64,000 nt of DNA, from contig CAYRCL010000041.1 of assembly GCA_964422795.1 (NCBI GenBank), positions 29,631 through 93,630 of the forward strand. Direction: 5' to 3'. How positions within the stretch are numbered: position 1 is the first letter of the stretch; each line of letters opens with the position of its first letter. Positions 20,632-29,362 of this stretch are shown piece after piece. Position numbers and translations under genes: made by a program. The notes beneath the pieces are model-generated. The model had not been told where the DNA came from and made no database searches. It saw only the letters and a program-made list of their open reading frames with translations. The DNA comes from an uncultured Chloroflexota bacterium. GTDB taxonomy: Bacteria > Chloroflexota > UBA11872.

Positions 20632-21446
20632 GCGATCAAAGTCCAACACACGTACTCGGGAACATGTCATGGCCCGAGGTCGCGAACGCGATTGAGACGG
20701 TCGAACTTGTACTTCTCCCAATCGGATCAACCGAGCAACACGGGCCAAATCTCGGCCTTGGGCAGGACCATCTCGTCACTCAAGCATTCTGTGAACGCGC
20801 CGCCCAACGCCTGACCCCAAGATTGCTTGCCGTTCCAGCTATTCCGTGGGGTATTTCGGATCACCACATGAACATGGCTGGCTCAATGACACTACGTCCA
20901 GAAACTTTTCTAGACCTCTTGGAAGATCTGATCTCCTCCCTTCGACACCACGGGTTTCGCCGTTTTCTGATCGTCAACGGTCACGGCGGAAACGAAGCGC
21001 TTATGACTGCAGCCGTACAAGATCTAGGTTTCCGACTTGATATTGATTTCCTTGGTTCGGTCGGACACTACCGATTGAGTGATCCTGCCCATGAAGACGC
21101 CATTCGTGGAACTACACCTACAGGTCACGCTTGTGAGATCGAAGTTTCACACGCGTATTACCTGGTACCCGAGCTCATTCGAACAACCGAACTGGCTGCA
21201 GCTGAGCTTGATCATGTCTTTCATGCCTTCCGGACAACTCTTACCGACCTCCAGCTAACCTGGCCAACTGCGATTGATGCGCTCACTCCCAGCGGTGCTC
21301 TAGGAGACGGCCGTCGCGGCTCCTACAAAGCAGGAGAACGTATCATCGAATCGGCCATAGACGAACTAGCAGAGATCATCGACATCTTCAGACAGCTCCC
21401 ACGTTGGAAAGGTCCACCCCAGAGCAAGATTCACATGGATCATTGA
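20628..21446 (+). CDS. creatininase-family amidohydrolase, paralog 2
   Basis: PIGSTEQHGPNLGLGQD...NGHGGN; ATG 20628 overlaps paralog-1 stop (ATGA). Confidence 0.75.
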   Translation: MSDQSPTHVLGNMSWPEVANAIETVELVLLPIGSTEQHGPNLGLGQDHLVTQAFCERAAQRLTPRLLAVPAIPWGISDHHMNMAGSMTLRPETFLDLLEDLISSLRHHGFRRFLIVNGHGGNEALMTAAVQDLGFRLDIDFLGSVGHYRLSDPAHEDAIRGTTPTGHACEIEVSHAYYLVPELIRTTELAAAELDHVFHAFRTTLTDLQLTWPTAIDALTPSGALGDGRRGSYKAGERIIESAIDELAEIIDIFRQLPRWKGPPQSKIHMDH

Positions 21447-21451
21447 CCCGT

Positions 21452-22507
21452 TCAGCGTGTTACCAGATTTCCTCGGTCTGCCGAGTCCCGCGCAAGCAAA
21501 GCCCACCGATGGGAGCTAATGACATCATCCCCCGCTATTACCGGATGCGCCTCACCGCGGATCGCTGCAATGAAATCGCGTCCGAGTGCGTTGCTATCCG
21601 GATCTAAATCAACGAAGTCGGTATACGTACATCGTGAACGGCCAGTATCAATAGTGCACGAAATCTCAGCAGAAGTTTTGATCTCGATCGATCCGTGTGT
21701 TCCTTCGATAAGCATGCGGCAGTCACCGTGGTAAGGCGCGGCATCTGGTGTGAGCCACGAGGCGCGCACGAAAGCACTACCACCGTCATCAAGCCGAAAA
21801 TAGGCCTCAGCGTGATCAGTGAATGACGGATATTCAGTGAACCGGGAAGTGCCTTCAGACGCCGTAACACTGGTTGGTTCGCATTCGTGAATCCACCTCA
21901 TCATATCGATGTCATGGATACACAAATCAAGGAGCGCGCCACCGTTTAATTCGCGGTCAAAGAACCAATAGGGTCGACGTTCTGGACGGCACTTGTGCGG
22001 ACGCTGAGATACAGATGAGACAACCCGACCAATATCACCACGGGCAATCGCCTCCTTCGCCATTCGATAAGGACCAGTGAAGCGAAGCGTTAGTGCGCAA
22101 CTCAGAATGGATGATCCCGAAATCGCCTCAGACATTCGATCAAGATCAGCGTGGGTTATTGTCGCCGGTTTATCGATCATCACATGAACACCAGACTCTA
22201 GGCAGGCCACAGCAATGTCGCCTTTTTCAGAATTGATAGGAGCCAGGACAGCCACATCAATTGAACCATCGAGAAGGCTGCGGTAGTCGCTAATGCCTGG
22301 AACCCCAAAATCCCGAGCCACACGTTCCCGCGCACCATGTTCGGGCTCAGCAACCACAACTAATTCCGTATCATCCTCGGCTAGAATCTGTCGAGTTATT
22401 CCCAGAACATGCCCATGCTGGACGCCAATAATCGCGAGCTTCACGTCTCTCTCACCTGCTGACCCTTTCGGGTACAAATTATCGTCACTTAGCGAATCGC
22501 TTCTCAA
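21452..22507 (-). CDS. Gfo/Idh/MocA family oxidoreductase
   Basis: 351 aa; KLAIIGVQHGHVLGI Rossmann N-term, MIDKP motif. Confidence 0.75.
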   Translation of the reverse strand: MRSDSLSDDNLYPKGSAGERDVKLAIIGVQHGHVLGITRQILAEDDTELVVVAEPEHGARERVARDFGVPGISDYRSLLDGSIDVAVLAPINSEKGDIAVACLESGVHVMIDKPATITHADLDRMSEAISGSSILSCALTLRFTGPYRMAKEAIARGDIGRVVSSVSQRPHKCRPERRPYWFFDRELNGGALLDLCIHDIDMMRWIHECEPTSVTASEGTSRFTEYPSFTDHAEAYFRLDDGGSAFVRASWLTPDAAPYHGDCRMLIEGTHGSIEIKTSAEISCTIDTGRSRCTYTDFVDLDPDSNALGRDFIAAIRGEAHPVIAGDDVISSHRWALLARDSADRGNLVTR

Positions 22508-22611
22508 TCAAAAGAAAAGCCCAACCACGAGCCCCGGCAATCCAACAGGATCAGTTTCACGAATCCATCAATCTTGGATTCGATCCATCTAGCGCCCCCC
22601 AAGTACCCGGT

Positions 22612-22944
22612 TCACTGAATCTGGCATCGGTCAGCAAGTTCCCTCAAGTGCTCCCAGGGATGTATCCCCGTCGCGTGGCCATCACTCCATTCAAACGTGA
22701 GTGCATAATTTCCAACGGGAGCAATCCGCGTCGCCTGGATATCGTCAGGAACCGAGTTGGGATCAAGCACCTGTTCGCCTGTGAGTTCGTTACAACACAC
22801 AGCACACCCGCAGGCGATCCGTATGTCCCGCAGGGCAATCACAGATTCCGAACCGTCTTGCCAATTAATAGCCATCGCGTGATCTCCAACACGCCGAATG
22901 CCTACCGCAACAGTGCGTCGTGAATCGCTTGGCTCTGTAGACAT
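22612..22944 (-). CDS. DUF971 protein (gamma-butyrobetaine-hydroxylase-N-like Zn-ribbon)
   Basis: AINWQDG...LRDIRIACGCAVCCNE...TFEWSDGHATGIHPWEHLR; likely start at internal Met (track ORF extends to 23085). Confidence 0.6.
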   Translation of the reverse strand: MSTEPSDSRRTVAVGIRRVGDHAMAINWQDGSESVIALRDIRIACGCAVCCNELTGEQVLDPNSVPDDIQATRIAPVGNYALTFEWSDGHATGIHPWEHLRELADRCQIQ

Positions 22945-23194
22945 CAACCTCTCACCCTGATCAGTAGACTCGTCGCTTCGACTCACGAACTCATTCCTCC
23001 AACGACACCGTTGTACGTTTCCTGACAGGCTTGGACAGCCGCGACTGATTGCATCACCATGTTCGGATACACCAACTTCCGTCACTCTTCCTGATAGCTC
23101 TAAGCAAAATCAGTCTATGTACAGGTAAGCGAGTGTCAAAACTGATGCTAGCCTTTCGATACTCCGAACATTTGCAGACGGGTCCCACGAATCC

Positions 23195-23899
23195 ATGAAT
23201 CCTGGATCCGCGCCATCTATCGCCCTTATAGTTCCCACGTTCAATGAACGCGGTAACCCACCTCCACTTGTCGCCCAGTTAGCTGTGGCGTTTGAGACCA
23301 TGCCATACCGCGTCGTGTTCGCAGACGACAGCACCGATGGCACAACCCGCGAAATCGAAAACTTGATAGCAGTCGATACGTCCATCTCGATCCACCATAG
23401 CCATGAGCGGCGCGGCCTAGCCCGAGCAGTAGCCGAAGTACTAGAAACCCTGACAGAAGACATTGTTGTCGTCATGGACGGTGACCTACAACACCCGCCC
23501 TCGATCGCTCCATTGCTCGTTAAAGCAATCACCAGCGGCGCTGACATCGCGACCGCCAGCCGTTATGCGCCAGGTGGGAAAGAAATAGGTCTCAGCGGAC
23601 CATGGCGTCGACTTGTGAGCTGGAGCTCGTCGTTAGCAGCGCAGAAACTTCTTCCGGCAGCCCGACAAACATCCGACCCTCTCAGCGGGTTCTTTGCCAT
23701 CCGACGATCGATTGTCGACGGTGTGTTACTGCAACCTGTTGGATTTAAGATACTCCTTGAGCTACTTGTGCGAACCGATGTGCACGCTGTTGTAGACATC
23801 CCATACACGTTTGACCAGCGCTCACGCGCGGACAGCAAGGCCTCCATTCTGGAAGGGGTCCGGTTCCTGCGACATCTAATTCGATTGCGATCCGCCTAA
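23195..23899 (+). CDS. GT2 glycosyltransferase, polyprenol-phosphate sugar transferase (Dpm1-like)
   Basis: IALIVPTFNERGN, ADDSTDGT, VVMDGDLQHPP motifs. Confidence 0.8.
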   Translation: MNPGSAPSIALIVPTFNERGNPPPLVAQLAVAFETMPYRVVFADDSTDGTTREIENLIAVDTSISIHHSHERRGLARAVAEVLETLTEDIVVVMDGDLQHPPSIAPLLVKAITSGADIATASRYAPGGKEIGLSGPWRRLVSWSSSLAAQKLLPAARQTSDPLSGFFAIRRSIVDGVLLQPVGFKILLELLVRTDVHAVVDIPYTFDQRSRADSKASILEGVRFLRHLIRLRSA

Positions 23900-24720
23900 C
23901 AGCCTTGTAGCGCAACGAACCTTGCAATGGCCGCTCCGAGCCGTGATGCCCCGGCCGCGGCAATATCTATTACTGCACCGTGATCGGTAGCCGTATCCCC
24001 AAGCTCTCCGGCAAGGTTCGTGATCGTCGAAACAGCAACAACCGCAGCACCTCCATGTCGGGCCACCACAACCTCCGGCGCCGTAGACATTCCTACCGCG
24101 TGGACTCCGAGCCCACGCAACATCGATACCTCGGCCGGCGTCTCGTAAGAGGGTCCACTCACCATCGCGTAGATACCTTCACGAACAGTAAATCCAGAAT
24201 TAGATAGCTCGGTCTCAATACAGGCACGGAAGCCCTGATCGTAGGCAGCACTCAGATCCGGAAATCGATCACCTACCGAATCGTTTGGACCAACCAATGG
24301 ATGAGCACCTGTTAACCCAGGCAAAAAGAGATGATCAGCCACAATCATCACGTCCCCTGGCCGATATGACTTGTCCACAGCTCCAGCCGAATTCGTGAAA
24401 ACAAACCTTGTAACACCAGCCCCCATCAACGTACGGATGAAGTTAACGACAGGTTCCATCGTTCCAGTCTCATAGAAGTGCGGCCTCCCTTGGCACACCC
24501 ACACCGGAACCCCGCCAGCCATTGCAAGGTGTAGTTGTCCGGGATGGCCAGCAACCGTGGCTGTGGGCATGCCAGAAATCTTGCTGTAATCGAGAATTGC
24601 GCTCGAATGAAACGACTCGACTAGCCCAGCGAGGCCGCTGCCAGCGATTACCGCCCATCGGGGAGCAACACCACTACCCTCCGCACGTAGGACCTCCGCC
24701 CCACGTGAAGGATCCGTCAC
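23896..24720 (-). CDS. purine nucleoside phosphorylase (PunA-type, PNP/MTAP family)
   Basis: VIAGSGL...ILDYSKISGMPTATVAGHPGQL...TNSAGAV motifs. Confidence 0.8.
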   Translation of the reverse strand: MTDPSRGAEVLRAEGSGVAPRWAVIAGSGLAGLVESFHSSAILDYSKISGMPTATVAGHPGQLHLAMAGGVPVWVCQGRPHFYETGTMEPVVNFIRTLMGAGVTRFVFTNSAGAVDKSYRPGDVMIVADHLFLPGLTGAHPLVGPNDSVGDRFPDLSAAYDQGFRACIETELSNSGFTVREGIYAMVSGPSYETPAEVSMLRGLGVHAVGMSTAPEVVVARHGGAAVVAVSTITNLAGELGDTATDHGAVIDIAAAGASRLGAAIARFVALQGC

Positions 24721-25652
24721 GAGGATTTTCGAGCTCTAGTCCGATCTATACCCCGTCTCGAAGGTCCCCGACTCTCACGGGCAAGATCTTCATAAATTTT
24801 AGTGGTCGCTGGACTCGCATGACCAAGAATCGCCTGAACTTCTCGAACAGTTCCCGCACCCTGGAGTCGATGAGTGGCAAACGAGTGTCGCAAGGTGTGC
24901 GGGGTTATAGTTGCCTCAATCCCTGCCCGTCTGGCATATGCTTTAACAATGAGCCAGAACCCCTGACGCGTGAGTCTACTTCCTCGATGATTCAGGAAGA
25001 CTGCCTGCTCATCAACCCGACGCAGCAACTTAACCCGTCCGTCAGTGACATACCCGTGGAGCGCTTTGGCAGCGCGGTCAGTTAACCGCACCGAACGCTT
25101 CCGCGAACCGTGACGCGCCAAGACTACCGTTTGGGACTCAACGTCGAAGTCGCCAACATCCAGTGCGACAAGCTCCGATACACGCATCCCAGTCGCGTAA
25201 AGAGACTCAAGCATCGCCCGATCCCGCATACGCTCAGGCGTCGTCGCATCTGCCGCATTCTCGAGCAAGCACTCCACGTCAGCGGTGGAAATGATCTTCG
25301 GTCGACGTTTTCTCACGCGGGCACCACCCAACCCAGCAGTTGGATCAGTCGTGACCTCATCGATCGATTTGAGGTACCGATACAGGGCACGTACCGCTGC
25401 CAATTTGCGCGCTTGTGATGTTTGCCGATACTCGCGTTGAATTAAATCGGTCATAAAGGCGCGTACGACTCGGGGTGAAATACCCCAACCCACATGGCCT
25501 GAATCGTTTAAAAAGTCTTTAAATTGCGTCAGGTCACTCCGGTACGCAGCAAGCGTATTGGCAGAAAGTCCACGCTCATCATCGAGATGCCGAACAAAGT
25601 CCTCAATAGTGATGTGCATTAGCCCACCGAAAACGGAAATAGCATGTTTCAA
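24717..25652 (-). CDS. tyrosine site-specific recombinase XerC/XerD
   Basis: C-terminal HTLRHSFATHRLQGAGTVREVQAILGHASPATTKIYE (R-H-R-Y catalytic box); N-terminal SAM-like core-binding domain. Confidence 0.8.
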   Translation of the reverse strand: MKHAISVFGGLMHITIEDFVRHLDDERGLSANTLAAYRSDLTQFKDFLNDSGHVGWGISPRVVRAFMTDLIQREYRQTSQARKLAAVRALYRYLKSIDEVTTDPTAGLGGARVRKRRPKIISTADVECLLENAADATTPERMRDRAMLESLYATGMRVSELVALDVGDFDVESQTVVLARHGSRKRSVRLTDRAAKALHGYVTDGRVKLLRRVDEQAVFLNHRGSRLTRQGFWLIVKAYARRAGIEATITPHTLRHSFATHRLQGAGTVREVQAILGHASPATTKIYEDLARESRGPSRRGIDRTRARKSS

Positions 25653-25796
25653 ACCTCATGGATTAATGAGTGAGCGATGTGGCAACGAGTCATCCCGTAC
25701 ACCGTGGTCAACGGTTATCGCCCGAAACAAACGGGTCGTTATGTTAACACGCAAACCCGAATAACCTACACTCATCCAATCATCTTTTCTAACTGA

Positions 25797-27065
25797 TTGT
25801 TTACTTCCAACATGCAAGTTGCTCTGGCTTACGGCGAATCGTCCTTACCTCTAGACCTACCAAACAAGATCGATGTGATCGAACCTCGTGCCCTCCCACG
25901 TATCCCAAATCCAGAGAAAGCTCTGAGTGATGCACTGCGCAAACCAATCTTCGGCCCTCCATTAAACGAGCTCGTAAAGGAAGAAAGCTCGATCGTTGTT
26001 GTAATTAGCGACAGCACCCGGCCCGCACCCAATCGGGAAATGGTCAAAGCGGTGCTGACCGAACTTGCGAACCCAATCGACCGAATAGAAGTCTTAGTTG
26101 CAACCGGACTACATCGACCAACAAGCGATGCCGAACTCGAACGAATGCTCGGGGCCGACCTTAAAAGAAACCTACGTATATTCAATCACGATGCACGAGA
26201 CACAACTTGTCTACGCAAGATCGGCACGACGTCGTCAGGTCGCCCTGTCCTCATCAATCGCAGGTACTTGGACGCGGATGTCCGAATCACACTCGGATTA
26301 ATCGAACCACACTTCTTCGCTGGATTCAGCGGTGGAGCTAAGTTAGTCATGCCAGGGATAGCCGGAGAGGCAAGTATTCTCCGAAATCATGACGCCGAAA
26401 TGATCGACCATAGAAATTCTCGCTGGGGTGTGCTCGATAAGAACCCCATTCATCTTGAGCAGCGGGAAGCCGCTCGTCTCGCCGGATGCGAATTTAGCCT
26501 TAACGTAACTACTACAGGCGACGGCTCCATAGCGGGCATCTTCGCTGGTGCTCTGGAGCCTGCTCATGATGCCGGTTGCCAGATGGCTTTAAAGGCGGCC
26601 CTACAACCAGTTCCTGAGGCTTACGACGTTGTAGTGACCACGAACGGGGGACATCCACTCGACCTGAATCTATACCAGGCGGTAAAGGGGATGGACGCAG
26701 CAGCACAAATCGTACGCCCGGGCGGCCACATCGTGATGGCTGCCGAATGCCGGGATGGTACCGGACATGGCGAATTTATAAAGATGTTGCGCACACATGA
26801 GACAGCATCCGCAATGGTTACTGCCATCCGATCAAATCCTGTAATTCGAGTCGATCAATGGCAAAACCAAATCCTCGGACGTGTTCTAGACCACGCAACC
26901 GTTCATCTGTACGCAGAAGGGCTTACGGACGCTGAAATTAAATCCGCCCACTGCGTCCCATGCCGGGACATCGGCGACCGCATATCTGAGTTGTCGGGAC
27001 CAGCCATCCGCACCTGCATTCTGCCCCACGGGCCTTTTACAATTCCGTACATTGCCGCAGCATAG
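25797..27065 (+). CDS. larA: LarA-family nickel-pincer-dependent 2-hydroxyacid racemase/epimerase (DUF2088)
   Basis: 422 aa; N-terminal DUF2088 (VVVISDSTRPAPN...VLVATGLHRP) and C-terminal LarA domain. Confidence 0.7.
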   Translation: MFTSNMQVALAYGESSLPLDLPNKIDVIEPRALPRIPNPEKALSDALRKPIFGPPLNELVKEESSIVVVISDSTRPAPNREMVKAVLTELANPIDRIEVLVATGLHRPTSDAELERMLGADLKRNLRIFNHDARDTTCLRKIGTTSSGRPVLINRRYLDADVRITLGLIEPHFFAGFSGGAKLVMPGIAGEASILRNHDAEMIDHRNSRWGVLDKNPIHLEQREAARLAGCEFSLNVTTTGDGSIAGIFAGALEPAHDAGCQMALKAALQPVPEAYDVVVTTNGGHPLDLNLYQAVKGMDAAAQIVRPGGHIVMAAECRDGTGHGEFIKMLRTHETASAMVTAIRSNPVIRVDQWQNQILGRVLDHATVHLYAEGLTDAEIKSAHCVPCRDIGDRISELSGPAIRTCILPHGPFTIPYIAAA

Positions 27066-27237
27066 ACCGACCATGTCGATGCCCCAATTACATCATCGCT
27101 CAGTCCACATCTGCCCGTAACATGCGTTTGCATCTGCGATAACCACGTCTTTGCCTATGGAAAGGGAGAGTCGGCCAAGACGAACTAGGTAAACTTCCAA
27201 TTACTGCGGAATTTCCATCATCGGAGGAAACATTCAG

Positions 27238-27444
27238 GTGGTGCACGAACCACACAACGGAGACCATGAGCACGTTTTTCAAGAAATCTACCAGAGCGAT
27301 GTTGTAGGAATCGCCGAAGAGCTTACCCATGCCACAATCACCGTTGAACTTTTTGAGCGTGGCCTCGCTATTCATATGAGCCGAGATGAGAGCCTGGAAT
27401 TGGCGCGTGCCTTCACAGCGCTCACACGATATCTCGACGACTAA
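27238..27444 (+). CDS. small hypothetical protein (68 aa)
   Basis: GGAGGA SD 8-9 nt before GTG; acidic soluble protein; 4-nt convergent overlap with the amidohydrolase. Confidence 0.35.
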   Translation: MVHEPHNGDHEHVFQEIYQSDVVGIAEELTHATITVELFERGLAIHMSRDESLELARAFTALTRYLDD

Positions 27445-28667
27445 CGCTGATTAGGCCAAACAACCGGATCCGATCTCGAAGGCCGAGGGAGCGACGAAAC
27501 CTCCACAAACACATCTTCGGACGGACCAAGCTTGCCAGGATCAAGACGTTCTCCAGCCCGAAACGTATAGGAGGCCCGAAGTCTCCGGTCCCACATCACC
27601 TCTTCACCGACACAATCAATCAGCCGAATCGGTCCATCGTCTACTGTAAGAACCGCGATATCGGCCACAGCACCAGGACGAAGCGTTCCAGCATCAATCC
27701 CTAGCTTTCGCGCTGGTGCCAACGTACACCGACGCACAATATCTTCGATCGGCATACCAAGCTTCCAAAATTTAGTCATAACGCTGGGCAAATCAAACAC
27801 CGGCCCATTCACACACCCACGATGGAGATCCGAACTAATGTAGTCGGGTGGAAAGCCTGCATCGAGCGCAGCCCGTGCTGCGTCCCATCCAAAACTCCCT
27901 TGACCATGACCAATGTCAAACTCGATGCCCGCGGACCTCGCCTCCACAGCTGCAGACGACAACTTCAAGGAGGTGTCACTCACTACTCCACCTGGATTTG
28001 GCGTATAGCTATGTGTAATGACATCGCCGGGCCGAAGCCGCGCAAGCACGTCACCGATTGGCTCAGGTGTATAGCCGATATGAACCATCAACCATGTCCC
28101 GGAACGCTCGGCAGCTTCGATCGCTGCAGCCAGCGCAGCCCGTGCCTGATCACCCTCACCAACAAGTCCGTCCGTGTATCGAATCTTGACACCCAACGCG
28201 ATGTCACGATTTGCCTCGATCGCTCGCACCGTCCCCTCAACATCCAAATATCGTGGATCTCGTAGTTCCCCTAAGCTCGTGACGAGTCCCGCCGTACTAA
28301 TGTGCACCAGCAATCGGATATGCGTGCGTGCCGAATCGATCACGTATCGACGAAATCCAGGCAATGTAATTGCACCAGCACTTCCAGTATCCAGAAATGC
28401 CGTAGTGCCACCGGCCGCTGCGATTTTGTCGGGCTCAAGGCCCCAAACTGTGGCACCCCAGTACACGTGTACATGGAAATCAACCAATCCAGGAACCACA
28501 AAGTCGCCTCTCGCATCCACCGTCTCGCGCGCCTCACCCGACAACGCGGGTCCAATATCTGCAATTCGTCCATCAACCACAGCTATATCAGCAACCGCAG
28601 AACTGTCGGTTGACGGATCAATCACCGTGCCACCACGAATGACGAGGTCATATGGCGTCAATTTCAT
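27441..28667 (-). CDS. metal-dependent amidohydrolase superfamily protein (deacylase/dihydroorotase-like)
   Basis: 408 aa; N-terminal GLVDFHVHVY HxH metal motif, DIAVVDGRIADIG beta-sandwich start. Confidence 0.7.
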   Translation of the reverse strand: MKLTPYDLVIRGGTVIDPSTDSSAVADIAVVDGRIADIGPALSGEARETVDARGDFVVPGLVDFHVHVYWGATVWGLEPDKIAAAGGTTAFLDTGSAGAITLPGFRRYVIDSARTHIRLLVHISTAGLVTSLGELRDPRYLDVEGTVRAIEANRDIALGVKIRYTDGLVGEGDQARAALAAAIEAAERSGTWLMVHIGYTPEPIGDVLARLRPGDVITHSYTPNPGGVVSDTSLKLSSAAVEARSAGIEFDIGHGQGSFGWDAARAALDAGFPPDYISSDLHRGCVNGPVFDLPSVMTKFWKLGMPIEDIVRRCTLAPARKLGIDAGTLRPGAVADIAVLTVDDGPIRLIDCVGEEVMWDRRLRASYTFRAGERLDPGKLGPSEDVFVEVSSLPRPSRSDPVVWPNQR

Positions 28668-29050
28668 ATCTCAACGATCCCCTCGTAGGTTGGCTATTAC
28701 ATCTACTCACAAACCCTAGCCGACCCACGATGACTAACCCAATCCAGAATGTCTTAATCCTGCCCTAACAGAACACGTTGTCGCCAGACATCGACAACCC
28801 AATCGTGAAATAGAAACCTAGAGAGCATCGATAAAAGCCCACTTGGGAGCACCACATCAATAATATCGATGCACTGGACGGGACCGTGGGGTATGCTTAA
28901 TCAAGCTGACAACCAAGGCTCGTTGAACAGCTTTGGTTATGGTCGGCTAGAATTCCAGACGCTGCCCCAGACTGGTACTACGCTTGGCAGCTTTCCCTAT
29001 ATACGACGCAGAAGTCGATCTGTCGTCGGACTTCTTATGGAGGAGATTGC

Positions 29051-29353
29051 ATGGCCAAGGTCACGACCAAGGTCAAGCCACTTGGTGACCGTTTATTGAT
29101 TCGGCCCGAAGATCGTGAAGCAACGACGGCTAGCGGCCTCGTGCTTCCGGATACGGCCAAGGAAAAGCCCCAGGAAGGCACTGTCATCGCCGCCGGCTCA
29201 GGCCGCGTGACCGAAGACGGTAAGACGGTTCCCCTGGAAATTAACGAAGGGGACAAAGTCCTATACGCAAAGTATGCAGGGACTGAACTCCGCCTAGATG
29301 ATGAAGATTTGCTGATCGTCAGCGAACGCGACGTTCTCGCTATCATCAACTAG
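29051..29353 (+). CDS. groES: co-chaperonin GroES
   Basis: 100 aa, [15 protein letters not shown]...[14 protein letters not shown]; GGAGGAG SD upstream. Confidence 0.95.
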   Translation: MAKVTTKVKPLGDRLLIRPEDREATTASGLVLPDTAKEKPQEGTVIAAGSGRVTEDGKTVPLEINEGDKVLYAKYAGTELRLDDEDLLIVSERDVLAIIN

Positions 29354-29362
29354 AGTCGCGTC

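Noticed and set aside
22508-22611. Inverted repeat GAATCCA-N7-TGGATTC between the DUF971 gene and the oxidoreductase gene as an intrinsic terminator
   Set aside because: Short 7-bp AT-containing stem and no downstream U-tract on the transcribed (minus) strand. Possibly a protein-binding site, but not supportable.
24717-25652. Xer-type tyrosine recombinase as marker of an integrated mobile element or prophage
   Set aside because: Flanked by housekeeping genes (PNP, LarA), with no phage, transposase or tRNA genes, or recognisable direct repeats nearby. More likely the chromosomal dimer-resolution XerC or XerD.
28668-29050. CIRCE / HAIR heat-shock operator upstream of groES
   Set aside because: No match to TTAGCACTC-N9-GAGTGCTAA or CTTGAGT-N7-ACTCAAG found by eye.
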